A DNA stretch of 64,000 bases from Squalus acanthias. Its lineage: Eukaryota. A program made the translations under genes and the position numbers. The notes below the pieces were generated by a model, which saw only the letters and a list, made by a program, of their open reading frames with translations, was not told the origin of the DNA and did not search any database. Of this stretch, positions 37,200-49,134 are shown one piece after another (the first letter of the stretch is position 1; each line of letters starts with the position of its first letter). Where the stretch lies: the NCBI GenBank assembly GCA_030390025.1, contig CM059432.1, positions 2,852,001 through 2,916,000 of the forward strand. The letters are read 5' to 3'.

Positions 37200-38670
37200 G
37201 ACAGTTCCCATGGATTGGAGGGTAGCTAATGTAACCCCACTATTTAAAAAAAGGTGGTAGAGAGAAAACGGGGAATTATAAGACTGACATCGGTAGTGGG
37301 GAAAATGCTAGAGTCCATCAGAAAAGATGTAATAGCAGAGCACTTGGAAAACAGTGACAGGATCGGACAAAGTGAATATGGATTTACAAAAGGTAAATCA
37401 TGCTTGACTAATCTACTGGAATTTTTTGAGGATGTAACTGGTAGAATAGATAAGGGAGAACCAGTGGATGTGGTGTATTTGGACTTTCAGAAGGCTTTTG
37501 ATAAGGTCCCGCATAAGAGATTAGCGTGCAAAGTTAAAGCACATGGGATTGGGGGTAAGGTACAGATTTGGATAGAGAACTGGTTGGCAGACAGGAAGCA
37601 AAGAGTTGGAATAAACGGGTCTTTTTCCGAGTGGCAGGCAGTGACTAGTGGGGTACCGCAGGGATCGGTGCTAGGACCCCAGTTATTCACAATATATATT
37701 AATGATCTAGACGAGGGAACTAGATGTAATATCTCCAAGTTTGCAGACGACACAAAGCTGGGTGGGTGTGTGTGCTGTGAGGAGGATGCAGAGAAACTCC
37801 AGTATGATTTGGACAGGTTGGGTGATTGGGCAGAAGCATGGCAGATGCAGTATAATGTGGATAAATGCGAGGTTATCCACTTTGGTGGCAAAAACAGGAA
37901 GGCAGATTATTATCTGAACGGCAATATATTTGGAAAAGGGGAAATGCAACAAGACCTGGGTGTCCTTGTGCACCAGTCGCTGAAGGTTAGCATGCAGGTG
38001 CAGCAGGCAGTTAAGAAGGCAAATAGTATGTTGGCCTTCATAGCGAGAGGATTCGAGTACAGGAGCAAGGATGTCTTGCTGCAGTTGTACAGGGCCTTGG
38101 TGAGACCACACCTTGAGTATTGTGTGCAGTTTTGGTCGCCTTATCTGAGGAAGGATGTTCTTGCCATGGAGGGAGTGCAGCGAAGATTCACCAGGCTGAT
38201 ACCTGGGATGGCAGGAATGACGTATGAAGAAAGATTGGGTCGATTAGGCGCTTATTCGCTCGAGTTTAGAAGAATGAGAGGGGATCTCATTGAAACTTAT
38301 AAAATTCTAACAGGACTAGACAGACTAGATGCAGAAAGAATGTTCCCGATGGCGGGGGAGTCCAGAACCAGGGGTCACAGTCTTAAGGATAAGGGGTAAG
38401 CCATTTAGGATGAGATGAGGAGGAATTTCTTCACCCAGAGAGTGGTGAACCTGTGGAATTCTCTACCACAGAAGGCAGTTGAGGCCAATTCATTAAATAT
38501 ATTCAAGAAGGAGTTAGATATATTTCTTAAGGCTAAAGGGATCAAGGGATATGGGGAGAAAGCAGGGACAGTGTACTGAATTTGGATGATCAGCCATGAT
38601 CTCATTAAATGGCGGAACAGGCTCGAGGGGCCAAATGGCCTACTCCTGCTCCTATCTTCTATGTTTCTAT
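37200..38670 (+). mobile_element. Nested 5'-truncated CR1
   Basis: 381-aa RT ORF; own 3' tail TTCTATGTTTCTATG; interrupts host ORF1. Confidence 0.9.
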
Positions 38671-40176
38671 GTTTTTCTGGGGGAGGTGGGACCTGTACAA
38701 GCCGGATGGGTTGCACGGCAACAAGACCGGAACCAATATCCTCGCGGCGGGGTTTGCTGGTGCTGTTGGGGAGAGTTTAAACTAGCTTGGCAGGGGGATG
38801 GGAACCTGAGAGTGGATTCAGAAGGGAGAGAAGCAAAGCTGGAAATGGAAGGCAGAAAATTAGTAAGCGAGTTTGGTAGGCAGAGGAAACAAAGGCTAGA
38901 AAATAGACAACAAGGGAGTTTGGCAGTGCTAAATGGTATATACTTCAACGCAAGGAGTCTCGGGGATAAAGCAGATGAGCTGAAGGCACAGATAGACATG
39001 TGGGAGTATGATATAGCTATTACTGAGACATGGCTGAAAGAAAGGCAGCTCAACATTCCTGGTTGCAGGGTTTTCAGAAGAGATGGGGGATAAAAAAGGA
39101 GGGGGGGATCGCAATATTGATTAAAGAATCAATTACAGCTGTGAGGGTGGAGGATATCTTAGAAGGATCATCAAATGAGGCCAGATGGGTTGAACTGAAA
39201 AACAAAAAAGGGGCAATCACACTGCTGGGAGTGTGCTATAGACCTCCGAACAGTCAGAGGGAGATAGAAGAGCAAATATGTAGGCAAATTTCTGAGATGT
39301 GCAAAAATAGGGCAGTAATAGTAGCGGATTTCAACTTCCATAATGTTAACTGGGATAAAATTAGTGTGAAAGGCATAGAGGGAGCAGAATTCTTAAAATG
39401 CATTCAGGAGAACTTTTTTAGCCAGTACGCAGCAAGCCCAGCAAGAGAGGGCGCGGTTCTAGACCTAGTTTTAGGGAATGAAGCTGGGCAGGTGGAAAGG
39501 GTATCGGTGGGAGAGCATATTGGTGGTAGAGATCATAATTCAGTTAGATTTAGGGTAGTTGTGGAAAAGGACAAGGATGGACCAGGAATAAAAGTTCTCA
39601 ATTGGGGAAAAGCTAATTTTACTAAGCTGAGAGGTGATTTAGCCAAAGTGGACTGGAGACAGAAACTTGAACGTAAATCAATGTCAGAGCAGTGGGAGGC
39701 AGTCAAGGAGGAGATAGTGAATGTTCAGAGCAAGTATGTTCCCTTAAAGAGAAAGGGTGAGACTAACAAATCGAGAGCTCCCTGGATGTCAAGGGGCATA
39801 CAGGGTAGGATAAAGGAAAAAAGGGAAGCTTATGACAGATATCGAGGACTCAATACTGCAGAAAGCCGAGAGGAGTATAGAAAGTGCAGGGGTGAAATCA
39901 AAAAGGAAATTAGGAAAGCAAAGAGAGGGCATGAAAAAATATTGGCGAGTAAAATCAAGGAAAACTCAAAGATGTCTTATAAATACATTAAGGGCAAGAG
40001 GATAACTAAAGTAAGAGTAGGGCCCATTAGGGACCATAAAGGTAACCTGTGTGTGGAAGCGGAAGACATGAATATTTTGCGTCTGTTTTCACAAAAGAGA
40101 GGGACGATGCAGACATTGCAATCAGAGAGGAGGAGTGTGAAATATTAGATGCAATAAACATAGTGAAAGAGGAAGT

Positions 40177-41039
40177 ATGCAAAGGGATATAGATAGATTA
40201 AGTGAGTGGGCAGTAAGGTGGCAGATGGAGTATAATGTTGGGAAATGTGAGGTTATTCACTTTGGTAGGAAGAATAGAAAAACAGAATATTTTTTAAATG
40301 GTGAAAAACTTTCAAATGTTGGTGTTCAGAGAGATTTGGGTGTCCTCATGCAAGAAACACAGAAAGCTACCATGTAGGTACAGCAAGCAATAAGGAAAGC
40401 AAATGGCATGTAGGCCTTTATTGCAAGGGGGTTGGAGTATAAGAGTAAGGAAGTCTTGCTACAATTGTACAGGGCCTTGGTGAGACCACACCTGGAGTAC
40501 TGTGCACAGTTTTGGTCTCCTTATCTAAGGAAGAATATACTTGCCTTGGAGGCGGTGCAACGAAGGTTCACCAGACTGATCCCTGGGATGAGAGGGCTGT
40601 CCTATGATGAGAGATTGAGTAGATTGGGCCTATACTCTCTGGAGTTTAGAAGAATGAGAGGTGATCTCATTGAAACATACAAGATTCTGAAGGGGATTGA
40701 AAGGGTAGATGCTGAGAGGTTGTTTCCCCTGGCTGGAGAGTCTAGAACTGGGGGCATAGTCTCAGGATAAGGGATCGGCCATTTAAGACTGAGATGAGGA
40801 GGAATTTCTTCACTCAGAGGGTTGTGAATCTTTGGAATTCTCTGCCCCAGAGGACTGTGGATGCTGAGTCTTTGAGTATATTCAAGGCTGAGATCGATAG
40901 ATTTTTGGACTCTAGGGGAATCAAGGGATATGGAGATCGGGCGGGAAAGTGGAGTTGAGGTCGATAATCAGCCATGATCTTATTCAATGGTGGGGCAGGC
41001 TCGAGGGGCCGTATGGCCTACTCCTGTTCTTATGTTCTT
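40177..41039 (+). mobile_element. Nested 5'-truncated CR1
   Basis: ORF2 C-terminus with own tail TTCTTATGTTCTTA; interrupts host ORF2. Confidence 0.85.
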
Positions 41040-42609
41040 ATTAAGGGGTTTAGCATCTTTGAAAGAGGATAAATCTCCAGGCCTGGATGAAATGTATTCC
41101 AGACTGTTAAGAGAAGTAAGAGAGGAAATAGCAGAGGCCCTGACCATCATTTTCCAATCCTCTCTGGCTACAAGTGTGGTGCCAGAGGACTGGAAGACTG
41201 CTAACGTGGTACCGTTGTTTAAAAAGGGAGAAAGGGATAGACCGAGTAATTACAGGCCAGTCAGCCTAACCTCGGTGGTGGGAAAATTATTGGAAAAAAT
41301 TCTGAGGGACAGGATAAATCTTCATTTAGAAAGACACGGATTAATCAGGGACAGTCAGCATGGATTTGTTAAGGGAAGGTCGTGTCTGACTAACTTGATT
41401 GAATTTTTTGAGGAGGTAACGAGGAGGGTCGATGAGGGTAGTGCGTTTGATGTAGTCTATATGGACTTTAGCAAGGCTTCTGATAAGGTCCCGCATGGCA
41501 GACTGGTCACGAAAGTAAAAGCCCATGGGATCCAAGGCAAAGTGACAAGTTGGATTCAAAATTGGCTCAGAGGCAGGAAACAAAGGATAATGGTCGAAGG
41601 GTGTTTTTGTGACTGGAAGGCTGTTTCCAGTGGGGTTCTGCAGGGCTCAGTACTGGGTCCTTTGCTTTTTGTGGTATATATCAATGATTTGGACTTGAAT
41701 GTAGGAAGTATGATTAAGAGGTTTGCAGATGATACAAAATTGGCCATGTGGTTGATAATGAAGAAGAAAGCTGTAGACTGCAGGAAGATATCAATGGACT
41801 GGTCAGGTGGGCAGAACAGTGGCAAATGGAATTCAATCCAGAGAAGTGTGAGGTAATGCATTTGGGGAGGGCTAACAAGGCAAGGGAATACACAATAAAT
41901 GATAGGATACTGAGAAGTGCAGAAGATCAGTGGGACCCTGGAGTTAATGTCCACAGATCCCTGAAGGTAGCAGGACAGGTAGATAAGGTGGTTAAGAAGG
42001 CATACTTGCCTTTATTAGCCGAGGCATAGAATATAAGAGCAGGGAGGGTATGCTTGAACTGTATGAAACACTAGTTAGGCCTCAGCTAGAGTACTGCGTG
42101 CAGTTCTGGTCACCACTTTACAGGAAGAATGTGAATGCACTAGAGAGGGTACAGAGGAGATTTACGAGGATGTTGCCTGGGCTGGGGAATTTTAGCTATG
42201 AGGAAAGATTGGATAGGCTGGGGTTGTTTTCTTTGGAACAGAGGAGGCTGAGGGGAGACCTAATTGCGGTGTATAAAATTATATGGGGCCTAGATAGAGT
42301 GGATAGGAAGGACCTATTTCCCTTAGCAGAGAGGTCAATAACCAGGGGGCATAGATTTAAAGTAATTGGTAGAAGGATTAGAGGGGATTTGAGGAGAAAT
42401 TTTTTACCCAGAGGGTGGTGGGGGGTCTGGAACTCACTGCCTGAAAGGGTGGTAGAGGCAGAAACCCTCATCACATTTAAAAAGTACTTGGATATGCAGT
42501 TTGAAGTGCCGCAACCTACAAGGGCTACAGACCAAGTGCTGGAAAGTGGGATTAGGGTGGAGAGCTCTTTGTCCCTCCAAAGCAGGTGGTACAGTTCTCC
42601 ACAGTGCTT

Positions 42610-43530
42610 AGGAACATAGGAACAGGAGGAGGCCATTCAGCCCCTCGAGCCTGTTCCGCCATTCAGTGAGATCATGGCTGATCTGTGACCTAACTCCATA
42701 TCCCCGCCTTTGGCCCATATCCATTAATACCGTTGGTTAACAAATATCTATCAATCTAACATTTAAAATCAACAATTGATCTAGCATCAACTGCTGTTTG
42801 CGGAAGAGAGTTCCAAACTTCCACCACCCTTTGTGTGTAGAAGTGTTTCCTAACTTCACCCTTGAAAGATCTGGCTTTAGTTTTTAGGCGATATCCCCTC
42901 GTCCTAAACTCCTCAACCAGCGGAAATAGTTTCTCTCCATCTACCCTGTCAGTTCCCCTTAATATCTTGAAAACTTTGATCAAATCACCCCTTAACCTTC
43001 TAAATTCCAGCGATACAACCCTAGTTTGTGTAATCTCTCCTCGTAATTTAACCCCTGGAGTCCGGGTATCATTCTGGTAAACCTACGCTGCACTCCCTCC
43101 AAAGCCAATATATCCTTCCTAAGGTGCGGTGCCCAGAACTGAACACAGTATTCCAGGTGTGGTCTAACTGGGGCTTTGTATTTTTTTCACATTCGTTCCT
43201 GGGATGTGGGCGGCATTTATTGCCCATCCCCTAATTGCCCTTGAGAAGGTGGTGGTGAGCTGCCTTCTTGAACCGCTGCAGTCCGTGTGGTGAAGGTGCT
43301 CCCACAGTGCTGTTAGGGAGGGAGTTCCAGGATTCTGACCCAGCGACGATGAAGGAACGGCCGATATATTTCCAAGTCAGGATGGTGTGTGTGACTTGGA
43401 GGGGAACTTGCAGGTGGTGGTGTTCCCATGCGCCTGCTGCCCTTGTCCTTCTAGGTGGTAGAGGTCGCTGGTTTGGGCTGTAGCATAACTTCTAACCTCT
43501 TGTATTCTAGTCCTCCAGATATCAAGCCCA
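42610..43530 (-). mobile_element. CR1 3' fragment
   Basis: [12 protein letters not shown]...FYTQRVVEVWNSLP; resumes after the 43190-43478 insertion. Confidence 0.8.
43190..43478 (-). mobile_element. 3' end of a distinct LINE family
   Basis: Encodes SWNSLPNSTVG on minus; tail closely matches that of the SINE at 547-1040. Confidence 0.65.
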
Positions 43531-43812
43531 GTATATACTAATAAGATTCAGTTTATCTACAGGCTTCAAAATTTTGGAAAGCTTGATGTGGTAAGTCTGA
43601 CCCTTCTTTTCTCCAGTGTAAACTATCTCAGCTTCCTTAGAGTCTCCTAGTAGCTCAGATGCTTAATTCCCAATATGGGTTCTGTTATCCTCATCTATAT
43701 TCCCTCAAAACCGTTGCTGGTGCCTAACGCTCATACACTTAGTTCTTTTGCGTTTTTTTTTTAATGCATTTGCACCAATAACTGGTACAAATAAATGTTT
43801 TTTTTTGCGATG

Positions 43813-44030
43813 ATAGGAACAGGAGGAGGCCATTCAGCCCCTCGAGCCTGTTCCGCCATTCAATTAGATCACGGCTGATCTGTATCTTAACTCATCTACC
43901 CGCCTTGGTTCTGTAGCCTTTTAATACCCTTACCTATTAAGCTCGGTTTTGATATTTTCAGTTGACCCCCCCCCAGCCTCAACAGCATTTTTTTGGGGGG
44001 AGAGAGAGTTCCAGATTTTCACTACCTTGG
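43813..44030 (-). mobile_element. CR1 3' end fragment
   Basis: Similar to 7043-7300. Confidence 0.7.
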
Positions 44031-44324
44031 TGCCAGGTATTTATAAAATTAAGACAATTTGTGAAGTGCAATAAGGTCCCAGACCCACAAACTGACTAAG
44101 TTAAATTCAGTTGGAGGCTCCAGAGTCCGAAGCCTTAAGCTATGGGTTTGAAACCTGACTATGTCAGGAACTCATCAAAGAAAATTAAATCATTAGAGTA
44201 AGTGATGCAGAAGAAATAGTTCAGAGACTGATGGACTGAATTAATATGTCACTGAACAATTACAGTTATGTTTTATTGTGAGGAAAGTCTGCCCAGAAAC
44301 ATTTACCATTAACCTATTTTAAAT

Positions 44325-46345
44325 CATACAATCTCACAGCACAGGAGGAGGCCATTCGGCCCATCGAGCCTGTGCCGGCTCTTTGAAAGAGCTCTCCAAT
44401 TAGTCCCACTCCCCCCCCCCCCCCCCCCCCTCCCCGGCTCTTTCTCCACAGCCCTGCAAATTTTCACCCCTTCAATGGTGTTAGGGAAATTGACGGGATT
44501 GAAGGCCGATAAATCCCCAGGGCCTGATAATCTACATCCTAGGGTACTTAAGGAAGTGGCCCTAGAAATAGTAGATGCATTGCTGGTCATCTTCCAAAAT
44601 TCTATAGACGCTGGAACAGTACCCATGGATTGGAGGGTAGCTAATGTTACCCCACTATTCAAAAAAGGTGGTAGAGAGAAAACGGGGAATTATAGACCAG
44701 TAAGCCCGACATCGGTAGTGGGGAAAATGCTAGAGTCCATTATAAAAGATGTAATAGCTGAGCACTTGGAAAACAGTGACAGGATCGGACAAAGTCAACA
44801 TGGATTTACAAAAGGCAAATCGTGCTTGACTAATCTTCTGGAATTTTTTGAGGATGTAACTGGTAAAATGGATAAGGGAGAACCAGTGGATGTGGTGTAT
44901 TTGGACTTTCAGAAGGCTTTCGATAAGGTCCCGCATAAGAGATTAGCGTGTAAAGTTAAGGCACATGGGATTGGGGGCAAGGTATTGACTTGGATAGAAA
45001 ACTGGTTGGCAGACAGAAAGCAAAGAGTTGGAATAAATGGGTCTTTTTCCGAGTGGCAGGCGGTGACTAGTGGGGTACCGCAGGGATCGGTCCTAGGACC
45101 CCAGCTATTCACAATATATATTAATGATCTGGACGATGGAATTGGATGTAATATCTCCAAGTTTGCAGACGACACAAAGCTGGGTGGGAGTGTGTGCCGT
45201 GAGGAGGATGCCGAGAAACTCCAGTATGATTTGGACAGGTTGGGTGATTGGGCAGAAGCATGGCAGATGTGGATAATCTGGATAAATGCGAGGTTATCCA
45301 CTTTGGTGTCAAAAACAGGAAGGCAGATTATTATCTGAATGGCAATAGATTGGGAGAAGGGAAAGTGCAACGAGACCTGGGTGTCCTTGTGCACCAATCG
45401 CTGAAGGTAAGCATGCAGGTGCAGCAGGCGGTTAAGAAGGCAAATGGTATGTTGGCCTTCGTAGCGAAAGGATTCGAATACAGGAACAAGGATGTCTTGC
45501 TGCAGTTGTACAGGGCCTTGGTGAGACCACATCTTGAGTATTGTGTGCAGTTTTGGTCACCTTATCTGAGGAAGGATGTTCTTGCCATGGAGGGAGTGCA
45601 GCGAAGATTCACCAGGCTGATACCCGGGATGGCAGGAATGGCGTATGAGGAGAGATTGGGTCGATTGGGCTTATACTCACTGGAGTTTAGAAGAATGAGA
45701 GGGGATCTCATTGAAACTTATAAAATTCTAACAGGACTAGACAGACTAGATGCAGGAAGGATGTTCCCGATGGCCGGGGAGTCCTGAACCAGGGGTCACA
45801 GTCTAAGGATAAGGGGTAAGCCATTTAGGACTGAGATGAGGAGGAATTTCTTCACCCAGAGAGTGGTGAACCTGTGGAATTCTCTACCACAGAAGGCAGT
45901 AGAGGCCAATTCATTAAATATATTCAAGAAGGAGTTAGATATATTTCTTAAAACTAAAGGGATCAAGGGATATGAGGAGAAAGCAGGGACAGGGTACTGA
46001 ATTTGGATGATCAGCCATGATCTCATTGAATGGCGGAGCAGGCTTGAGGGGCTGAATGGCCTACTTCTGCTCCTATCTTCTATGTTTCTATGTTTATCCA
46101 ATTCCCCTTTTGAAGGTGACTATTGAATCTGCTTTCAGGCTGCGTGAAAAAAAAAAAAAAAATTCTCATCTCCCCCTCTGGTTCTTTTTATCTTCAAGCT
46201 GTGTCCTCTGGTTACCGACCCTCCTGCCAGTGGAAACAGTTTTATCCTTTTTCACTCTTGACAAAACCGTTCATTATTTTGAACGCCTCCATTGAATCCC
46301 CCCCCTTAACCTTCTCTGCTCGAAGGAGAACAACCCCGGCTTCTT
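44325..46345 (-). mobile_element. CR1 3' fragment split by an oppositely oriented CR1
   Basis: Pieces 44325-44473 and 46094-46345 are contiguous in other copies (CCCTTCAA|...TTTATCCAATTCCC). Confidence 0.7.
44474..46093 (+). mobile_element. Nested 5'-truncated CR1 (RT)
   Basis: ORFs 44475-45338 and 45248-45787; very similar to 37200-38670. Confidence 0.9.
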
Positions 46346-46678
46346 AAAGGGGGAGGTACACCACAAATTTGTTGTTGGGGCTTTGCCAAGAATTTGCCAA
46401 ACGTACAGTATAATTGGGACTTAACAGAAACTAATGAGTTTCAGGAAAATCAGCATCACAACAGAATACTTCCATGCATAAACATGATCTGTTGTCTGAA
46501 AACTATATTTTTATATAAAATCAAAACATTAATGACGAGACAAGCGTGAATCGAACAGCCACACCTCGAATACTTAAATCTGCCGGTTGCTGAATATTGA
46601 CAAGAGGAGCCACACACCAATAAAACCATGGCTGGTTCATTGTTGCAATCAATAAAGTGTCATCAGCGTTATTGTCAG

Positions 46679-47120
46679 AAAGAAAGAACTTGCATTTATA
46701 TAGCGCCTTTCATGACCTCAGGATGTCCCAATGTACCGTGTGCGGCAACCAACTTGCAAGCTTCCACGAACCGCAACGAGATTTAATTTTTATTCATTTG
46801 TGGGATGTAGGCAAGATAATCGGTTTTAGTGATGTTGGTTGAGTGATAAATATTGGCCAGGACGCCGGGGAGAACTCCCCTGCTCTTCTTCCAAATTGTG
46901 CTATGGGATCTTTTACGTCCACCTGGGAGGGCTGACCGGGGCCTCGGTTTAACGTCTCATCCGAAAGGCGGCACCTCCGACAGTGCGGCACTCCCTCAGC
47001 ACTGCACTGGAGTGTCAGCCTAGATTTTTGTGCTCAAGTCTCTGGAGCGGGACTCGAACCCACAACCTTCTGACTCCGAGGCGAGAGAGAGAGTGCGTCC
47101 CACTGAGCCACGGCTGACAC
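46679..47120 (-). mobile_element. Deu-domain SINE with rearranged 3' part
   Basis: Intact tRNA head with A/B boxes and Deu core. Confidence 0.75.
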
Positions 47121-47941
47121 CTAGAGAAATTAGAAAATGTGCTTTTCAATAGACAGGCACAAATTCCACACAGTACGGTTACCACTGATCTCATCACGAC
47201 CATGCGTCTCCCTCCTAGATGGGTTGTTTTAGATTAGCGATTGCTATTTGAAATCAAAATGCCATCCCATACAAATATAAACCTGACATGGAGGTTCATA
47301 GAGTCATAACGGCACAGAAGGAGGCCATTCAGCCCATCGGGTCCGTGCCGGCTCTCTGTGGAGCAATCCAGTCAGTCCCATTCCCCCGCTCTATCCCCGT
47401 AGCCCTGCAAGTTTATTTCCCTCAAGTGCCTATCCAGTCTCCTCTTGAAAACATTGAGTTTCCACCACTTCTGTCAGCAGCGAGTTCCAGGTTCTCACCA
47501 TCGCTGCGTAAAAAAGTTTTTCCTCACGTCCCCCCCCGTATCTCTTGCCCAAAACCTTAAATCTGTGTCCCCTAGTCCTTGTACCATCAACTAGTGGGAA
47601 CAGCCTTTCTCCGTCTAGCCTATCCAAACCCGTCATAATCTTGTACACCTCTATCAAATCACCCCTTTGCTCTAATGTAAACCAATCCAGCTTCTCCAAC
47701 CTGTCCTTGTAGCTAAGATCCCCCATCCCCGGAACCATTCTGGTAAATCTCCTCTGCACCCTCTCAAGGGCCTTCACATCCTTCCTAACGTGTGGTGACC
47801 AGAACTGGATGCAATACTCCAGTTGTGGCCTAACCAACGCTTTATAAAGGTTCATGATGTGGAGATGCCGGTGTGGACTGGGGTGGACAAAAGTGAGAAG
47901 TCGCACAACACCAGGTTATAGTCCAACAGTTTTATTTGAAA

Positions 47942-47978
47942 TCACAAGCTTTCGGAGCGCTGCTCCTTCGTCAGGTGA
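47942..47978 (-). ncRNA. Minimal type-I hammerhead ribozyme motif
   Basis: Exact reverse complement of 48213-48249. Confidence 0.7.
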
Positions 47979-48212
47979 AGTGAAGAAATACATATGGGCA
48001 CAGCATATATAGTCAGAGAACACTGCCAGACGACTACAGTTAATCTTTCTAACTGCCCTTTATCACACCTCGGCAGAGAGACAATCACGGCAATCAAAGG
48101 TGTGGATGGTGTCCAACCAGGTCAGTCAGGAAGACATTTGCTATTGTCTTTGATGTAATGTCTGGCAGTGTTCTCTGACTATATATGCTGTGCCCATATG
48201 TATTTCTTCACT

Positions 48213-48249
48213 TCACCTGACGAAGGAGCAGCGCTCCGAAAGCTTGTGA
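48213..48249 (+). ncRNA. Minimal type-I hammerhead ribozyme motif
   Basis: TCAC-CTGACGA-A-GGAGC-AGC-GCTCC-GAAA-GC-TT-GTGA. Confidence 0.7.
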
Positions 48250-48764
48250 TTTCAAATAAAACTGTTGGACTATAACCTGGTGTTGTGCGACTTCTCACAT
48301 TTATAAAGGTTCAGCATAGCTTCTCTACTTTTGTACTCAATACCTCTATTTATGAAGCCCAAGATCCCATATGCTTTGCTAACCACTCTCTCAATAGGTC
48401 CTGCCACCTTCAGGGACCTATGCACATTAACTCCCAGGTCCCTCTGTCCCCAGCACACTCTTTAAAACTGTGCCATTAAGTGTATATTGCCTCTCCCTGT
48501 TCCTTCTGGCAAAATGCATCACCTCACACTTCTCTGTATTAAATTCCATCTGCCCATTCTGCTAGCCTTTCTATGTCCTGTTGCAGTCGATTGGAATCAT
48601 CCTCACTGTTTGCCACACTCCCAAATTTGGTGTCATTACCAATGCTGTCACCCGGTCAATTACGTTTAACCCTGCATCTCGTTTCCTCAGTTTGATGACC
48701 CTGTATTATTTCAACAGCCGTGTCTAGTCAACAGGAATCCAAACAAAAAAAACCTCTGCCCCCA

Positions 48765-49130
48765 TTTTTTTTCCAGACGGCTGCTGTTGCTGATGATTCT
48801 GCCATTCCCATTTACATCTCCTCTAGACCCATCTTTTGTTTCTTTACTTGTCCCATTACCATCTCCTTTCACCTCACACCATCATCCCTTTTTGTCATTT
48901 AATCTCTCCCGCCTTCCACCCTATCACGGACCTTCCCTTTTGTTCTTTCCTCCCCCCTCTCCCCGCCTCCGAACTCGCTTAAAACCTGTCACAGCTACAA
49001 CTTTTTCCAGTTCTGACGAAAGGCCACCGACCTGAAACGTTAGCTCCGTTTCTCTCTCTCCGCAGATGCTGCCCGACCTGCCGAGTGTTTCCCAGCATTT
49101 TCTGTTTTTATTTCAGATTTCCAGCATCCC
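48765..49130 (+). mobile_element. Penelope-like 3'/pLTR fragment (family B)
   Basis: Pyrimidine-rich tract, hammerhead motif, then CAGATGCTGCCCGACCTG...TTTCAGATTTCCAGCATC shared with 26425-26644. Confidence 0.65.
49009..49045 (+). ncRNA. Minimal type-I hammerhead ribozyme motif (family B)
   Basis: AGTT-CTGACGA-A-AGGCC-ACC-GACCT-GAAA-CG-TT-AGCT; one mismatch in stem II, one G-U in stem I, palindromic ACGT stem III. Confidence 0.6.
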
Positions 49131-49134
49131 AGCA

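Larger units (their letters stand above)
36520..42560 (+). mobile_element. Near full-length decayed CR1 (5' UTR, ORF1 zinc finger + SGNH esterase, ORF2) hosting two nested CR1s
   Basis: ORF1 VECTSCAMWE...HVCERC and VVVHIGTNDIG; ORF2 endonuclease (YFNARS, CYRPP, ADFN) ~38930-40150 and RT 41040-42500 are collinear once the inserts are removed. Confidence 0.85.
47855..48299. mobile_element. Penelope-like inverted pLTR cassette (family A)
   Basis: 14-bp TSD TTTATAAAGGTTCA (47841-47854, 48300-48313); perfect 139-bp inverted repeat 47893-48031 / 48160-48298. Confidence 0.85.
47295..48637 (-). mobile_element. CR1 3' fragment interrupted by a PLE cassette
   Basis: NLYKALVRPQLEYCIQFWSP; QRDLGVNVHRSLK. 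Confidence 0.85.

Noticed and set aside
43564..43591. Possible 28-nt plus-strand exon ending at GTAAGT
   Set aside because: Poor polypyrimidine tract; no supporting neighbouring exons
28446..45787. RT ORFs as a prokaryote-style RT system (retron, DGR, group II intron) or host gene
   Set aside because: All carry CR1 ORF2 motifs and CR1 3' tails and are truncated or frameshifted
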